This document shows, in pieces, positions 17,079-26,753 of a DNA stretch of 64,000 nt (its first letter is position 1; each line of letters starts with the position of its first letter). Where the stretch lies: positions 20,716 to 84,715 of the forward strand of contig CAWFSD010000043.1 of the NCBI GenBank assembly GCA_963818245.1. Direction: 5' to 3'. Under the pieces are notes generated by a model. The model searched no databases. It was not told the DNA's origin and worked only from the letters and a program-made list of their open reading frames with translations. The position numbers and the translations under genes are program-made. Source of the stretch: an uncultured Planctomycetota bacterium. Lineage in GTDB: Bacteria > Planctomycetota > UBA11346.

Positions 17079-18384
17079 GTGACCGACGCCCAGCCGCTCT
17101 GCTCCATCACTCGGGGTCGCCCACGACTTCCGCCGGCCCAGCGGGCAGTGCCTGCGCGTGCTCGACGGGGTCTCGCTCGACATCCGCGCCGGCGAGGTGG
17201 TGGCGCTGCTCGGGCCCTCGGGCTGCGGCAAGTCGACCATCCTGCGCATCCTCGGCGGGCTGATCGCGCCCAGCGCCGGCGCGGTGGCCAGCCACGGCGC
17301 GCCGCTCGCGGGGCTGAACAGCGACGTGGCGATGGTCTTCCAGAGCTTCGCGCTCTACCCGTGGATGACCGCGCGCGAGAACATCGCGGCGGTGCTGCGC
17401 GCGCAGGGCCTGGACGCGCAGCGCACCCACGAGCGCACCGAGCAGGTCATCGCCATGGTCGGCCTGACCGGCTTCGCCAACGCCTACCCGCGCGAGCTGT
17501 CGGGCGGCATGAAGCAGCGCATCGGCATCGCCCGCGCCATCGCCGTCGACCGCCCGCTGCTGTTCATGGACGAGCCCTTCAGCCAGGTCGACGCGCTCAC
17601 CGCCGAGAGCCTGCGCAGCGAGGTCCTCGACCTGTGGGCGCCGGCCGGCCGCAACCCCTCGTCGATCCTGATGGTCAGCCACGACATCAAGGAGGTCGTC
17701 TACATGGCCGACCGCATCGTCGTGCTCGGCGCCAACCCCGGGCGCATCCGCACCATCGTCGCCAACCCGCTGCCGCGCCCGCGCGACTACCGCTCAGCGG
17801 ACTTCCTGCGCCTGGTCGACCACATCCACGACCTGATCACCGGCCTCGAGCTGCCCGACGCCGCGCCCAGCGCGGCGGCCCAGGCGCTGACCGGGATGGA
17901 GCAGCTGCCGCCGGTGATCCCCAGCGAGATCGTCGGCCTGGTGGAGTACCTCGCCGCGCGCCGCGGCCAGGAGGACGTGTTCCGCATCGCCACCGACACC
18001 TCGCGCGAGTTCGGGCAGATCATCGCGGTGGTCAAGGCCGCCGAACTGCTCGACCTGGTCGACACGCCGAAGCGCCTGGTGGTGCTCACCGCGCCCGGCC
18101 GCGACTTCGCCGCCGCCCTGGCCGAGGAGCGCAAGCGCATCTGGCGCGAGCGCCTGCTGACGCTGTGCGTCTTCCGCACCATCCACGCCCTGGTCGCGCG
18201 CCAGGCGGGCGGCGCCGTCGCGCGCGACATCGTCGAGGAGACCCTGGTGCTGGGCATGCCCTTCGAGGACCACGAGCGCCAGTTCGGGACCCTGCTCGCC
18301 TGGGCGCGCTTCTGCGACCTGCTCGCCTACGACGAGGGCGCGCAGCAGGTCACCCTCGGGGCGCCGCAGGCCGCGGGCGTTTGA
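17079..18384 (+). CDS. ABC transporter ATP-binding protein with a C-terminal accessory domain; one frame change near 17110
   Basis: Motifs are GPSGCGKST (Walker A), LSGGMKQRIGIARA (signature) and LLFMDEPFS (Walker B). The N-terminus MTDAQPLCSIT lies in frame 3, and ...GVAHDFRRPSGQCLRVLDGVSL lies in frame 1. Confidence 0.85.
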
Positions 18385-18444
18385 GCGGCCCTCTCCGGAA
18401 CTCTGCGCCTCTGCGGCTGTGAACGTCATCTATCGCAGGGAAAC

Positions 18445-18933
18445 TCAGATGTGGCAGTTGCCCAGGCCGCGGCGCTCGAGGTAGCGCTGGTGGTACTCCT
18501 CGGCGCGGTGGAAGGTCTGCGCCGGCGCGATCTGGGTGACGATCGGGCGGCGGAAGCGCTTCTCGGCCTCGAGGCGCGCCTTGACCGCCTGGGCCTCGGC
18601 CTGCTGCTCGGGCGAGTGGTAGAAGACCACCGAGCGGTATTGCGAGCCGACATCCGGTCCCTGGCGGTCGACGGTGGTCGGGTCGTGGCTGCGCCAGAAG
18701 ACCTCGAGCAGCTCGCGGTAGCTGACGCGCGCCGGATCGTAGTGCACCTCGACGACCTCGGCGTGGCCGGTGGTGTCGGTGCAGACCTGCTCGTAGGTCG
18801 GCTTCGCGGTGGTGCCGCCGGCGTAGCCGACCGCGGCGTCGCGCACGCCGGGGATGGCGCGGAAGGTCGCCTCGACGCCCCAGAAGCAGCCGGCGCCGAA
18901 GGTCGCGGTGGCGGTCGTGGTCGTGGTGGTCAT
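18445..18933 (-). CDS. msrA: peptide-methionine (S)-S-oxide reductase
   Basis: Motifs [21 protein letters not shown] and [11 protein letters not shown] are present, and the ORF is an intact 162 aa. Confidence 0.95.
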   Translation of the reverse strand: MTTTTTTATATFGAGCFWGVEATFRAIPGVRDAAVGYAGGTTAKPTYEQVCTDTTGHAEVVEVHYDPARVSYRELLEVFWRSHDPTTVDRQGPDVGSQYRSVVFYHSPEQQAEAQAVKARLEAEKRFRRPIVTQIAPAQTFHRAEEYHQRYLERRGLGNCHI

Positions 18934-19592
18934 GGCTGTGCTCCTTTACCGGCACCGGCCTGATCGGTGGCGGCGGTGGTGCCGGCGCCCGGCTTCGCGT
19001 CCTGGACCGGCGGCGGCGCGGTGCCGCCGGCGGGCGTAAAGGCGAGCGCCACGGCGTTGATGCAGTAGCGCAGGCCGGTCGGGCGCGGACCGTCGTCGAA
19101 GACGTGGCCGAGGTGGCCGCCGCAGCGCGCGCAGTGGATCTCGTTGCGCACCATGCCGTGGCTGGTGTCGCTCTCGGTCTCGACCCGGCCGGGCAGCTGC
19201 TGGAAGAAGCTCGGCCAGCCGGTGCCGGACTCGAACTTGGCCTCGGCGCTGAACAGCGGTGCGCCGCAGCCCGCGCAATGGTAGGTGCCGGGGCCGTTGT
19301 GCTTGATCGCGGTGTAGCCGCCGCAGAAGGCCGGCTCGGTGCCGTGGCGGCGCAATACGTTGTACTGCTCGAGAGACAGGCGCGCGCGCCACTGGTCGTC
19401 GGTGAGGGTCAGCTTGTCGCCCACGGGTGGGTCCTCCTGGAGTTGGTGATCCGGAACCGCAGCGCGTGCCGCCGGAGCCGCGCCGGCGGCGCTGGCCGGG
19501 GGCGTGGCGCCTGACTGCCGCACGCAGCCGGCGCCCCACGCCACCGCGGCGATGGTGACGATGACGATGGCGGCGGTCAGGATGCGCGGCAT
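18930..19592 (-). CDS. msrB: peptide-methionine (R)-S-oxide reductase with signal/lipoprotein-like leader
   Basis: ATG 19592 gives [23 protein letters not shown]. The SelR core is present: [33 protein letters not shown] and RYCINAV. An ATGA overlap joins it to msrA. Confidence 0.9.
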   Translation of the reverse strand: MPRILTAAIVIVTIAAVAWGAGCVRQSGATPPASAAGAAPAARAAVPDHQLQEDPPVGDKLTLTDDQWRARLSLEQYNVLRRHGTEPAFCGGYTAIKHNGPGTYHCAGCGAPLFSAEAKFESGTGWPSFFQQLPGRVETESDTSHGMVRNEIHCARCGGHLGHVFDDGPRPTGLRYCINAVALAFTPAGGTAPPPVQDAKPGAGTTAATDQAGAGKGAQP

Positions 19593-19933
19593 GGGTGGGC
19601 TCCGGCCCTGGTACGGGCCAGCGGTGATGGTGATTGGCGGCGGCCGGTGGGGAAGCCGGGAGTCGCCGGCCCCTGGGCAGGGACCAGGCAGATCCGCCCG
19701 CCCGCCGCGACCGTAATGCGTGGCGAGGGCAGGGACGCGGCTGCGGGAATCCCGCAAACACCGCGCCGCCTGCCAACGTAGACCACGCCAGCGGCCCCCG
19801 CTCGCCGAACGCGGGCGGCGCCGACCAAGCCGACCTCCGTCCGTCCGGACGGGGTCACTCAGCACCACCGGGAAAAGACCACGCCCCCGCCCTGGGGAAC
19901 CCACGTCCTTTCCCAACTCCCGGGAACACCGCC

Positions 19934-20260
19934 ATGAAGATCTCCAACCTGCTCATCGCCGCCGCCGTCACCGGCATCCTCTCCGGCGCCGGCGCCACCT
20001 TCCAGCGCGCCGCGGCCGCCGATGCGGACACCACCGCCGACGGCGCTGAGAAGCACGCCTGCGCGGGCCTCAACTCCTGCAAGGGCAAGGGCGGCTGCAA
20101 GACCGCGAAGCACGAGTGCAAGGCCCACAACGAGTGCAAGGGCCAGGGCGGCTGCGCCACCGCCAAGCACGACTGCAAGGGCAAGAACGACTGCAAGAAC
20201 CAGGGCAAGGGCGGCGCCAACGAGTGCAAGGGCAAGGGCGGTTGCAAAGTCGGCAAGTGA
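19934..20260 (+). CDS. secreted Cys/Lys-rich repeat peptide (10 Cys), possible bufferin (BufA2)-like metallophore precursor
   Basis: The signal peptide is MKISNLLIAAAVTGILSGAGA. The mature part has three units of K-H-x-C-x(2,3)-N-x-C-K-G-x-G-G-C (KHACAGLNSCKGKGGC, KHECKAHNECKGQGGC, KHDCKGKNDCKNQGKGGANECKGKGGC). A terminator follows. Confidence 0.75.
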   Translation: MKISNLLIAAAVTGILSGAGATFQRAAAADADTTADGAEKHACAGLNSCKGKGGCKTAKHECKAHNECKGQGGCATAKHDCKGKNDCKNQGKGGANECKGKGGCKVGK

Positions 20261-20310
20261 TGGCCGGGCGCTCGCGCCCGCAGGCGCGAGGCCTGGGCTA
20301 GCGTGCCTCC

Positions 20311-20347
20311 ACGGATACCCTGGGACCTCCCGGGGTATCCGTGTTTT
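20311..20347 (+). terminator. rho-independent terminator after the Cys-rich peptide gene
   Basis: The stem acggataccc(t)gg / cc(g)gggtatccgt (12-13 bp, one mismatch) is followed by gTTTTc. Confidence 0.6.
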
Positions 20348-20535
20348 CGACCGCAGCGCCCACACCTCGTGCACCGCGGAGACAGCTTGCCCGCAAACGC
20401 GCCGCGCCGCCCCGCGTACCATGAGCGCATCAGCGCGACCACCGACCGCGCCTCCCAGGCCAGCGCCGCGACGCCTCGCGCCTCACCAGCCAGCCCGCAC
20501 ATCCGCCCCTTCCCCACCGCCCCCGGACCCCCACC

Positions 20536-21017
20536 ATGCGCCTCCTCCACTCCGCCACCTCCCTCCACGCGCGCGGCGTCCACCTGCTCGCCCGCGCCGA
20601 CTGGCTGCCGCCGCTGCTCGCGCGCATCACGGTGGGGTGGATATTCGTCGAGTCCGGCTGGGGCAAGCTGCACCACCTGCCCAAGGTGGTGGAGTACTTC
20701 CGCAGCCTGCACATCCCGGCCCCGGAACTGCAGGCGCCGTTCGCGGCGGGCAGCGAATTCCTCTTCGGCCTCACCGTGCTCTTCGGGCTGTTCACCCGGC
20801 TCTCGACCATCCCGCTGATGGTGATCATGACGGTGGCGATCCTCACCGCCAAGCGCGACGACCTCAACGCGGTCAGCGACCTCTTCGCCTTCTCCGAGTT
20901 CCTCTACATCCTGCTGCTCATCTGGCTGCTCGTGCGCGGCGCGGGCGCGGTCTCGCTCGACCGCCTGCTGCGGCGCGCAGACCACCCGGGCGGCGGCGGC
21001 GCCAGACGGCGCACTGA
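20536..21017 (+). CDS. DoxX family membrane protein (3' end unresolved)
   Basis: ARITVGWIFVESGWGKL..., FLFGLTVLFGLFTRLSTIPLMVIMTVAIL and ...LVRGAGAVSLDRLL are typical of DoxX. The track frame has no stop until 22095. The nearest stop in another frame is TGA 21015, so an indel near 20960-21010 is suspected. Confidence 0.7.
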
Positions 21018-21054
21018 GCGCCGCCGGCCCACGACCGCGAGCACCGGAGCCGCC

Positions 21055-21440
21055 ATGGACCGCCTGCTGCGCCGCCTCGCCTGCGGATCGGCCACCGGCC
21101 TGGTCGCCGCGCCGCTGCTGCTGCCCGGCGACGGCCTCCTGGGCTTGGCGCTGGGCCCCCTGCTCGGCGCGGTGCGGCGCGCTGCTCTTCCCGCCGGCCG
21201 CGCCCGGTCGCCGACCGCTCGACGCGGCCTGCGAGGCGGCCGCGCTCGCCATCCCGCTGTGGGCGCTGGTCGAGCTGCTGGCGCTGCCGCTCGCCACCGG
21301 CCACGAGCCGTCGTGGTCGGCGGCGGCGATGCGCGCGCGTTTCCCGACCCTGCCCGGCTGGGTGATGGCCAGCGCCGCCAGCGGCCTGCTCGGCGGGCTG
21401 GTCGCCCGTGTGGCGGAGCGCCTGCTCGGCGCCGCGGCGG
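21055..21440 (+). CDS. small membrane module paralogous to the N-terminus of the 22793 gene; frame changes near 21175 and 21450; possibly fused to NDH-2
   Basis: MDRLLRRLACGSATGLVAAPLLLPGDGLLGLALGPLLGAV / GALLFPPAAP...LAIPLWALVELLALPL...GWVMASAASGLLGGLVARVAERLLG. No stop is present in the reconstructed frame before the NDH-2 core. Confidence 0.35.
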
Positions 21441-22796
21441 CGCCCGCCAGCGCCCGCGCCGGTGGCGCCGACGCGCGTGCTCATCCTCGGCGGCGGCTTC
21501 GCCGGCGTCGGCGTCGCGACCGAACTCGAACGCCTGGGCGGCGGCGACCCCGCCCTGGCCATCACCCTGGTCAGCGAGACCAACGCCCTGTTGTTCACGC
21601 CGATGCTCGCCGAGGTCGCGGCGAGCAGCCTCGAAGCCACGCACATCAGCAGCCCGCTGCGCACCGCGCTGCGCCGCACCACGGTGGTGCGCGGGCGCGC
21701 CCTGCGCATCGATCACGCGGGCCACCGCGTGCACCTCGAGGACGGGGAGGCGCTCGCCTACGACGAACTGGTGGTCGCGCTGGGCGCGGTCTCCAACCAT
21801 CTCGGCCTGGCCAACGTCCAGCGCGAGGCGTTCGACTTCAAGTCGCTCACCGACGCGATCCGGATCCGCAACCACGTCATCGGCTGCTTCGAGCGCGCGG
21901 ACCGCGAGGGCGACCCTGCGCGGCGGCGCGCGCTCACCACCCTGGTGGTCGCCGGCGGCGGCTTCGCCGGCGCGGAGCTGGCCGGCGGGCTCAACGACTT
22001 CGCGCGCGGCATGCTCGCCTGGTACCCGAACATCCCGCGCGCGGACGTGCAGGTGGTGCTGGTGCACGGCGGCGAGCGCATCCTGGGGGAGTTGAGCGAA
22101 CCGCTCGCCCTCTACGCGCAGCGCCGCATGACCGCACGCGGCGTGACCTTCCGGCTGAAGACGCGGGTCAAGGACGCGCGGCCCGGCGCGGTGGTGCTCA
22201 GCGACGGCGACCTGCCGACCTGGACCCTGGTGTGGACCGCCGGTACCGCGCCGCACCCGGCGCTGCGCACGCTCGGCGCGCCGCTCGACAAGCGCGGCGC
22301 GGTGCTGGTCGACGCGCAGCTCGCGGTCCCCGGCCACCCTGGGGTGTGGGCGCTCGGCGACTGCGCGGCGGTCCCCAACGCCGCCACCGGCAAGAACTGC
22401 CCCCCGACCGCGCAGTTCGCCATCCGCGAGGCCCGCACCCTGGCGCGCAACCTGTTCGCGCGCCGCCGCGGCGCCCCCCTGCAGGCCTTCTCCTTCAGCC
22501 CGCTCGGCGCGCTGTGCGTGGTCGGCCACCACACCGCGTGCGCCGAGATCAGGGGACTGCGCTTCTCCGGGCTGTTCGCCTGGTTCCTGTGGCGCGGCAT
22601 CTACCTGGGCAAGCTGCCGACCCTGGAGCGCAAGGTGCGCGTGCTGGTCGACTGGGTGATCGAGCTGTTCTTCCCCCGCGACATCGTCCAGACCGTCGAC
22701 CTCGCCGCCGTCCCGGCCGCCACGGCCGAGGCCACGGCCCCGGCGCCGGGCGCGCCCGGCGCCATCCCGGTCGCCGCCTCCGGAGCCACGCCATGA
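21408..22796 (+). CDS. ndh: type II NADH dehydrogenase (NDH-2)
   Basis: There are two dinucleotide folds, RVLILGGGFAGV and LVVAGGGFAGAELAG, plus VWALGDCA. A more conservative start is GTG 21462 (VAPTRVLILGGG). Confidence 0.85.
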   Translation: MWRSACSAPRRRPPAPAPVAPTRVLILGGGFAGVGVATELERLGGGDPALAITLVSETNALLFTPMLAEVAASSLEATHISSPLRTALRRTTVVRGRALRIDHAGHRVHLEDGEALAYDELVVALGAVSNHLGLANVQREAFDFKSLTDAIRIRNHVIGCFERADREGDPARRRALTTLVVAGGGFAGAELAGGLNDFARGMLAWYPNIPRADVQVVLVHGGERILGELSEPLALYAQRRMTARGVTFRLKTRVKDARPGAVVLSDGDLPTWTLVWTAGTAPHPALRTLGAPLDKRGAVLVDAQLAVPGHPGVWALGDCAAVPNAATGKNCPPTAQFAIREARTLARNLFARRRGAPLQAFSFSPLGALCVVGHHTACAEIRGLRFSGLFAWFLWRGIYLGKLPTLERKVRVLVDWVIELFFPRDIVQTVDLAAVPAATAEATAPAPGAPGAIPVAASGATP

Positions 22797-24193
22797 ACCG
22801 CTGCACGCTCAAAGCCACGATCGCCTGCACGGCGGTGGGCGCGGCCGGCGGCGGCGCGTGCCTGGCGCTGGGCCTGGCCACGCCGCTGACCGGACCGCTG
22901 TTCGGCGCCGCCGCCGGCCTGGCTTTCGCGCCACTCACGGAAACGCGCGCCGGCACGCCCGGCGCCGGCCTGATCTGGGGCCTGGCCTACGCGCTGGTGC
23001 TGTGGCTGGCCGGGCCCGCGTGGCTGTTCGCCTGGTGCGCGGGCGGAGGCTGCACGCTCGACGGCGCGCGCAGCCACCTCCCCGAGCTGTGCGCCTACCT
23101 GCTGACCCTGGGCATGCCGTTGGGCCTGGTGCTGGGCGGCATCGGCCTGAGCCACGGCGCAGGGCGCGCCGCCGCGCCCGAGGTCGGCCCGGCGACCAGC
23201 CTCGCCCGCGCGCTGGCGGTCGGCGCGCTCGGCGGCCTGCTCGGCGCCTGGCTGTTCGCGCGCACCGGGGCGCGCGCCGAGCTCGGCCTGCTGGCGGCGG
23301 GTGGAGGTGGAGGCGCGCTGCTGCACGCCGCGCTCGCCATGCTGGTCGGCGCCGGCTTCGGCCTGCTCTTCCAGCGCGACGTGCGCAGCTACGGCTCGAG
23401 CATGGGCTGGGGCCTGGGCTACGGCATGCTGTGGTTCTTCCTCGGCCCGCTGACCATCGCGCCGCTGTGGGCGGGCGCCGCGCCCGCCTGGGACCACGAG
23501 GGGATCGCCGCGCGCTTCGGCGCGCTCCCCGGCCACGCGCTGTTCGGCCTCGTGCTCGGCCTCGGCTACGCCACCATCGACCGCCTGTGGGTGGCGTTCT
23601 TCCACGACTCGGACCCGCTCACGCGCAGCGCCGAGGGCCCGGGCACGCGCACCCTGCTCGGACTGGGCTGGGGCGCGCTCGCCGGCCTCGCCGGCGGCCT
23701 GGTGTTCGGCCTGCCCATGCTCGCCACCGGCATCCTGCCCTACGTCGCCAGCCTGGTCGGCGCCAGCGCGCCGCTGGTGGGCCTCGTCGTCCACCTCGCG
23801 ATCAGCGTGCTGCTCGGAATGCTCTACGGCCTGCTCTTCCTGCGCGAGGCGCAGGACCCCGGCGCCGGCGTCGGCTGGGGCCTGGTCTATGGCCTGATGT
23901 GGTGGTTCCTCGGCCAGCTCACACTCTTCCCCTGGCTGCTCGACGGCACCTTCGAGTGGGGCAGCGCCGACGCCGCGGCGGCGCTGCCGTCGCTGCTCGG
24001 CCACCTTTTCTACGGGGGCACCACGGCGCTGGTGTTCATGCTCCTCGAGCGGCGCTACGACCGGCGGACGGCCGGCGATCCGCGCGACCTGGCGCGGCGC
24101 GCCGCGCTGCGCCGCCCGGGCGGCACCCCGGCGCCGGCGCTGTGGCTGTTCGCGCTCGGCGTCGGGCTGCTGCTGCCGGTGCTGGTCGGATGA
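22793..24193 (+). CDS. polytopic membrane protein built from three internal repeats, unknown function
   Basis: An ATGA overlap joins it to ndh. The recurring motif G-x-G-W-G-L-x-Y-G-x-x-W-(W/F)-F-L-G-x-L-T occurs three times: GLIWGLAYALVLWLAGPAW, MGWGLGYGMLWFFLGPLTIAPLW and VGWGLVYGLMWWFLGQLTLFPWL. Confidence 0.7.
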   Translation: MNRCTLKATIACTAVGAAGGGACLALGLATPLTGPLFGAAAGLAFAPLTETRAGTPGAGLIWGLAYALVLWLAGPAWLFAWCAGGGCTLDGARSHLPELCAYLLTLGMPLGLVLGGIGLSHGAGRAAAPEVGPATSLARALAVGALGGLLGAWLFARTGARAELGLLAAGGGGGALLHAALAMLVGAGFGLLFQRDVRSYGSSMGWGLGYGMLWFFLGPLTIAPLWAGAAPAWDHEGIAARFGALPGHALFGLVLGLGYATIDRLWVAFFHDSDPLTRSAEGPGTRTLLGLGWGALAGLAGGLVFGLPMLATGILPYVASLVGASAPLVGLVVHLAISVLLGMLYGLLFLREAQDPGAGVGWGLVYGLMWWFLGQLTLFPWLLDGTFEWGSADAAAALPSLLGHLFYGGTTALVFMLLERRYDRRTAGDPRDLARRAALRRPGGTPAPALWLFALGVGLLLPVLVG

Positions 24194-24214
24194 CGCGCCC
24201 ACCGCCGATCCCGC

Positions 24215-26218
24215 TCAGCCCGAGCCGAGCGGCGCCTTGCGCTGGCCGAGCAGCCAGCCCCAGAAGGGCCGGTTGAGCGTCGCCGCGCTGGCGCCGTAGG
24301 TCTGCAGCCACCCGCTGTGGGCGCCACCCGCGTAGATGGTGACCTGCAGCTTCGCGCCGCCCACCGGCGCGGTCCCGCCGCTCCAGGCCCAGCCCGCAGC
24401 CGGGTCGAAGGCGCCGGTGCGCGTCGCGGTCACCCCGATCAGGCAGCCGGTGCTGCCGTTGGGGTTGATCTTCACCGTGGGGTGGTCGGGGTGGGAGTCC
24501 AGGCAGGCCGACGCGCTGGCGCCCAGGCTGGCGGCGGTGCCGCCGACCCAGCCGATCATCGTCACGCTGGATCCGGCCTGGCTGCCGGTCGTCCACGAGG
24601 TGGGGACCGGACCGTCGTCCGAGCAGTGGAAGGCCCACACCATTTGCCCGGCGAGCGGCGCGCAGCGCGCGACCGACCCCGGGTAGTTCGTACCGCAGAT
24701 CGGCGCGAGCGCCGCCAGGCGCGCGGGGTGGTTCATCCCGTAGTACCACGCGGCGCCGCCGCCCTGGGCGTATCCGGTCAGGGCGATGCGCGCCGGGTCG
24801 ACGCGGTAGGCGGCCAGCAGCCCGGCGACCAGGCTGTCGAGCGCGGCGTCGTTCCAGCTCGTGCCGTCCTGCGCCTGGACGAGGATGGCGGGCTGGTCAT
24901 CGAAGTAGGTCGCGCCGGCGTTGCTCAGCGCGAGCGGGCCGGCGTGCAGCACGCGCGCGAGCTGGTTGCCGGTCGACTCGACCAGGGTGCCGTCGCTGGA
25001 GCCGTCCCCGCACTCGGTGCTGCCGCCCAGGCACAGCACCAGCGGGAAGCGCGCCGTCGCGTTCGCGGTGTAGCTCTTCGGGACGCGCACCAGGTAGGGG
25101 TACGGCGCGCCGGTCGCCGCCGTGGTCCTGGCCAGGATCTGCCCATCGGTGCTCAGCGGGGCGGGCGGACGGGCGGGACGGTGACCGCGGCGGCGCCCAG
25201 GTGCTGGTCGAGCAGCCAGCCCCAGAACGCGGCGTTGGCCACGCCGCCGCTTCCGTAGGTCAGGTCCCAGCCGCCATGGCCGCCGTCGGCGTAGATGCTC
25301 ACCTGCAGCTGCGCGCCGGCGACGGGCGCCGCGCCCGCCACCCACGTCCAGCCCGCGGTCATGCTGTAGACCGCGCTGCGCGTCGCGGTCACGCCGATGA
25401 GGCTGCCCACCCCGCCGTTGCTGAGCACGGCGACCTTGGGGTGGTCGGGGTGGGAATCGAGGCAGCGGTTCGCCAGGGCGCCATTGCGGCTGATGGCGAT
25501 GCCGCTCATCCAGCCGGTGCAGTTCGGGGCCGCGCCGGTGGGCGTGCCGGTGGTCCAGGCCGTCGGCACGACGTCGTCGTCGGCGTCGTGGATGGCCCAC
25601 ACCACGGTGTTCTTCAGGTTGCTGAACGGCTGGGAGTTGCTGGGCGGGGCCGCGCCCGCGATCGGCACCAGCGCGGCGAGGCGCGCCGCGTGGTTCAGGC
25701 CGTACAACCAGGCGCCGTTGCCGCCCAGGCTGTACCCGGTCACGTAGATGCGGTTGGTGTCGATGCGGTAGGCGGCGAGCAGCGCGTCGATGGTCGCGTT
25801 CAGCTTGAGGTGGTCGAAGCTCGTCACGCACTGCGGCTGGACCACGATCGCGCCGTGGTCGTTGAACCAGGTGGAGCCGCCGCGCAGTCAGCGCGAGCGG
25901 GCCGCCGTGCAGCACGCGGGCGAGCTGGTTGGCGTCGCTCTCGACCAGCGTGCCGTCGCTCGACCCGTCGCCGCGCTCGCCGGTGCCGTCCAGGCAGATG
26001 ATCAGCGGGAAGGCCTGGGCGGTGGCGGTGGCGTAGGCGCCCGGCAGGCAGGCCAGGAAGGGGTAGGTCGCGGCGCTCGCCGGCAGCGGCTTGGCGAAGA
26101 TCCGCCCGACCGGGTCGGCGGCGGGCAGGCAGCCGCCGGCCAGGGCCGTGGCGAGCAGGCAGCCCGCGGCGCGGGCCAGGGGTGGGCGGAGGCGGCGGAC
26201 GAGCTGTTCGAGATGCAT
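24215..26218 (-). pseudogene. secreted tandem double alpha/beta-hydrolase (two esterase modules); frame interrupted near 25885 and 25160 (pseudogene or assembly indels)
   Basis: ATG 26218 gives MHLEQLVRRLRPPLARAAGCLLATALAGGC. Module A covers 26218-25160, in ORFs 24215..26338 and 25153..25845, with elbow GYSLGG. Module B covers 25150-24215 with elbow GYAQGG. It has no start or signal peptide of its own and is joined by the linker ...VTVPPVRPPAPLSTDGQ. Confidence 0.7.
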
Positions 26219-26753
26219 GCGGTTCCCTGCGCCCGGGCCGGTAAGGCCGGGCTGATCGTTGTTTGGTTGGTAGGATGAGGAGGCGGTGCGCGGCCGGGCG
26301 CCGGTGGGCCTGCCCGACCGCGCTGGGAGAGCATACACGGTCCACGGAATATTTTTCCGAATTTGACAGAAATCCTGCGTTTGGAATGTTCAGCCTGTGT
26401 GCTGCACCAGCCGATTTTTACCGCGTGAAATCACACTGAGACAAGCATGTCTGATTCCGATATCCCATATTTTAAATCGGATATCGCGCGCTGGAACCGA
26501 CGTGCGGACCAGCGCTCCGCGCGCGCCGGCGCGCCGCGCCCCGCGGCGCGCCGCGCGGCGTAAACCGCGCAAACCGGTGGGGCGCCGGCGCCGCTCCGCG
26601 GCGACCGCATGGAGACAGGGCCGCGGCTGGGCGGAGGGCGGGACCGTGCCCCGCGCGGGCGGCCGCGCCGCCGAGGAAACCGCGCGCGGCGCTGGCATCC
26701 TGGCCCTCGCGGCATATGGCATCCGCGTGCCTCATCGCCGCCCGGAGAGCCCC

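Noticed and set aside
19593-24193. I considered calling a complete bufferin/MNIO RiPP gene cluster around the Cys-rich peptide.
   Set aside because: No ORF resembling a DUF692 (MNIO, TIM-barrel, ~280 aa) or DUF2063 protein is present on either strand. Only the precursor-like peptide and DoxX fit the model.
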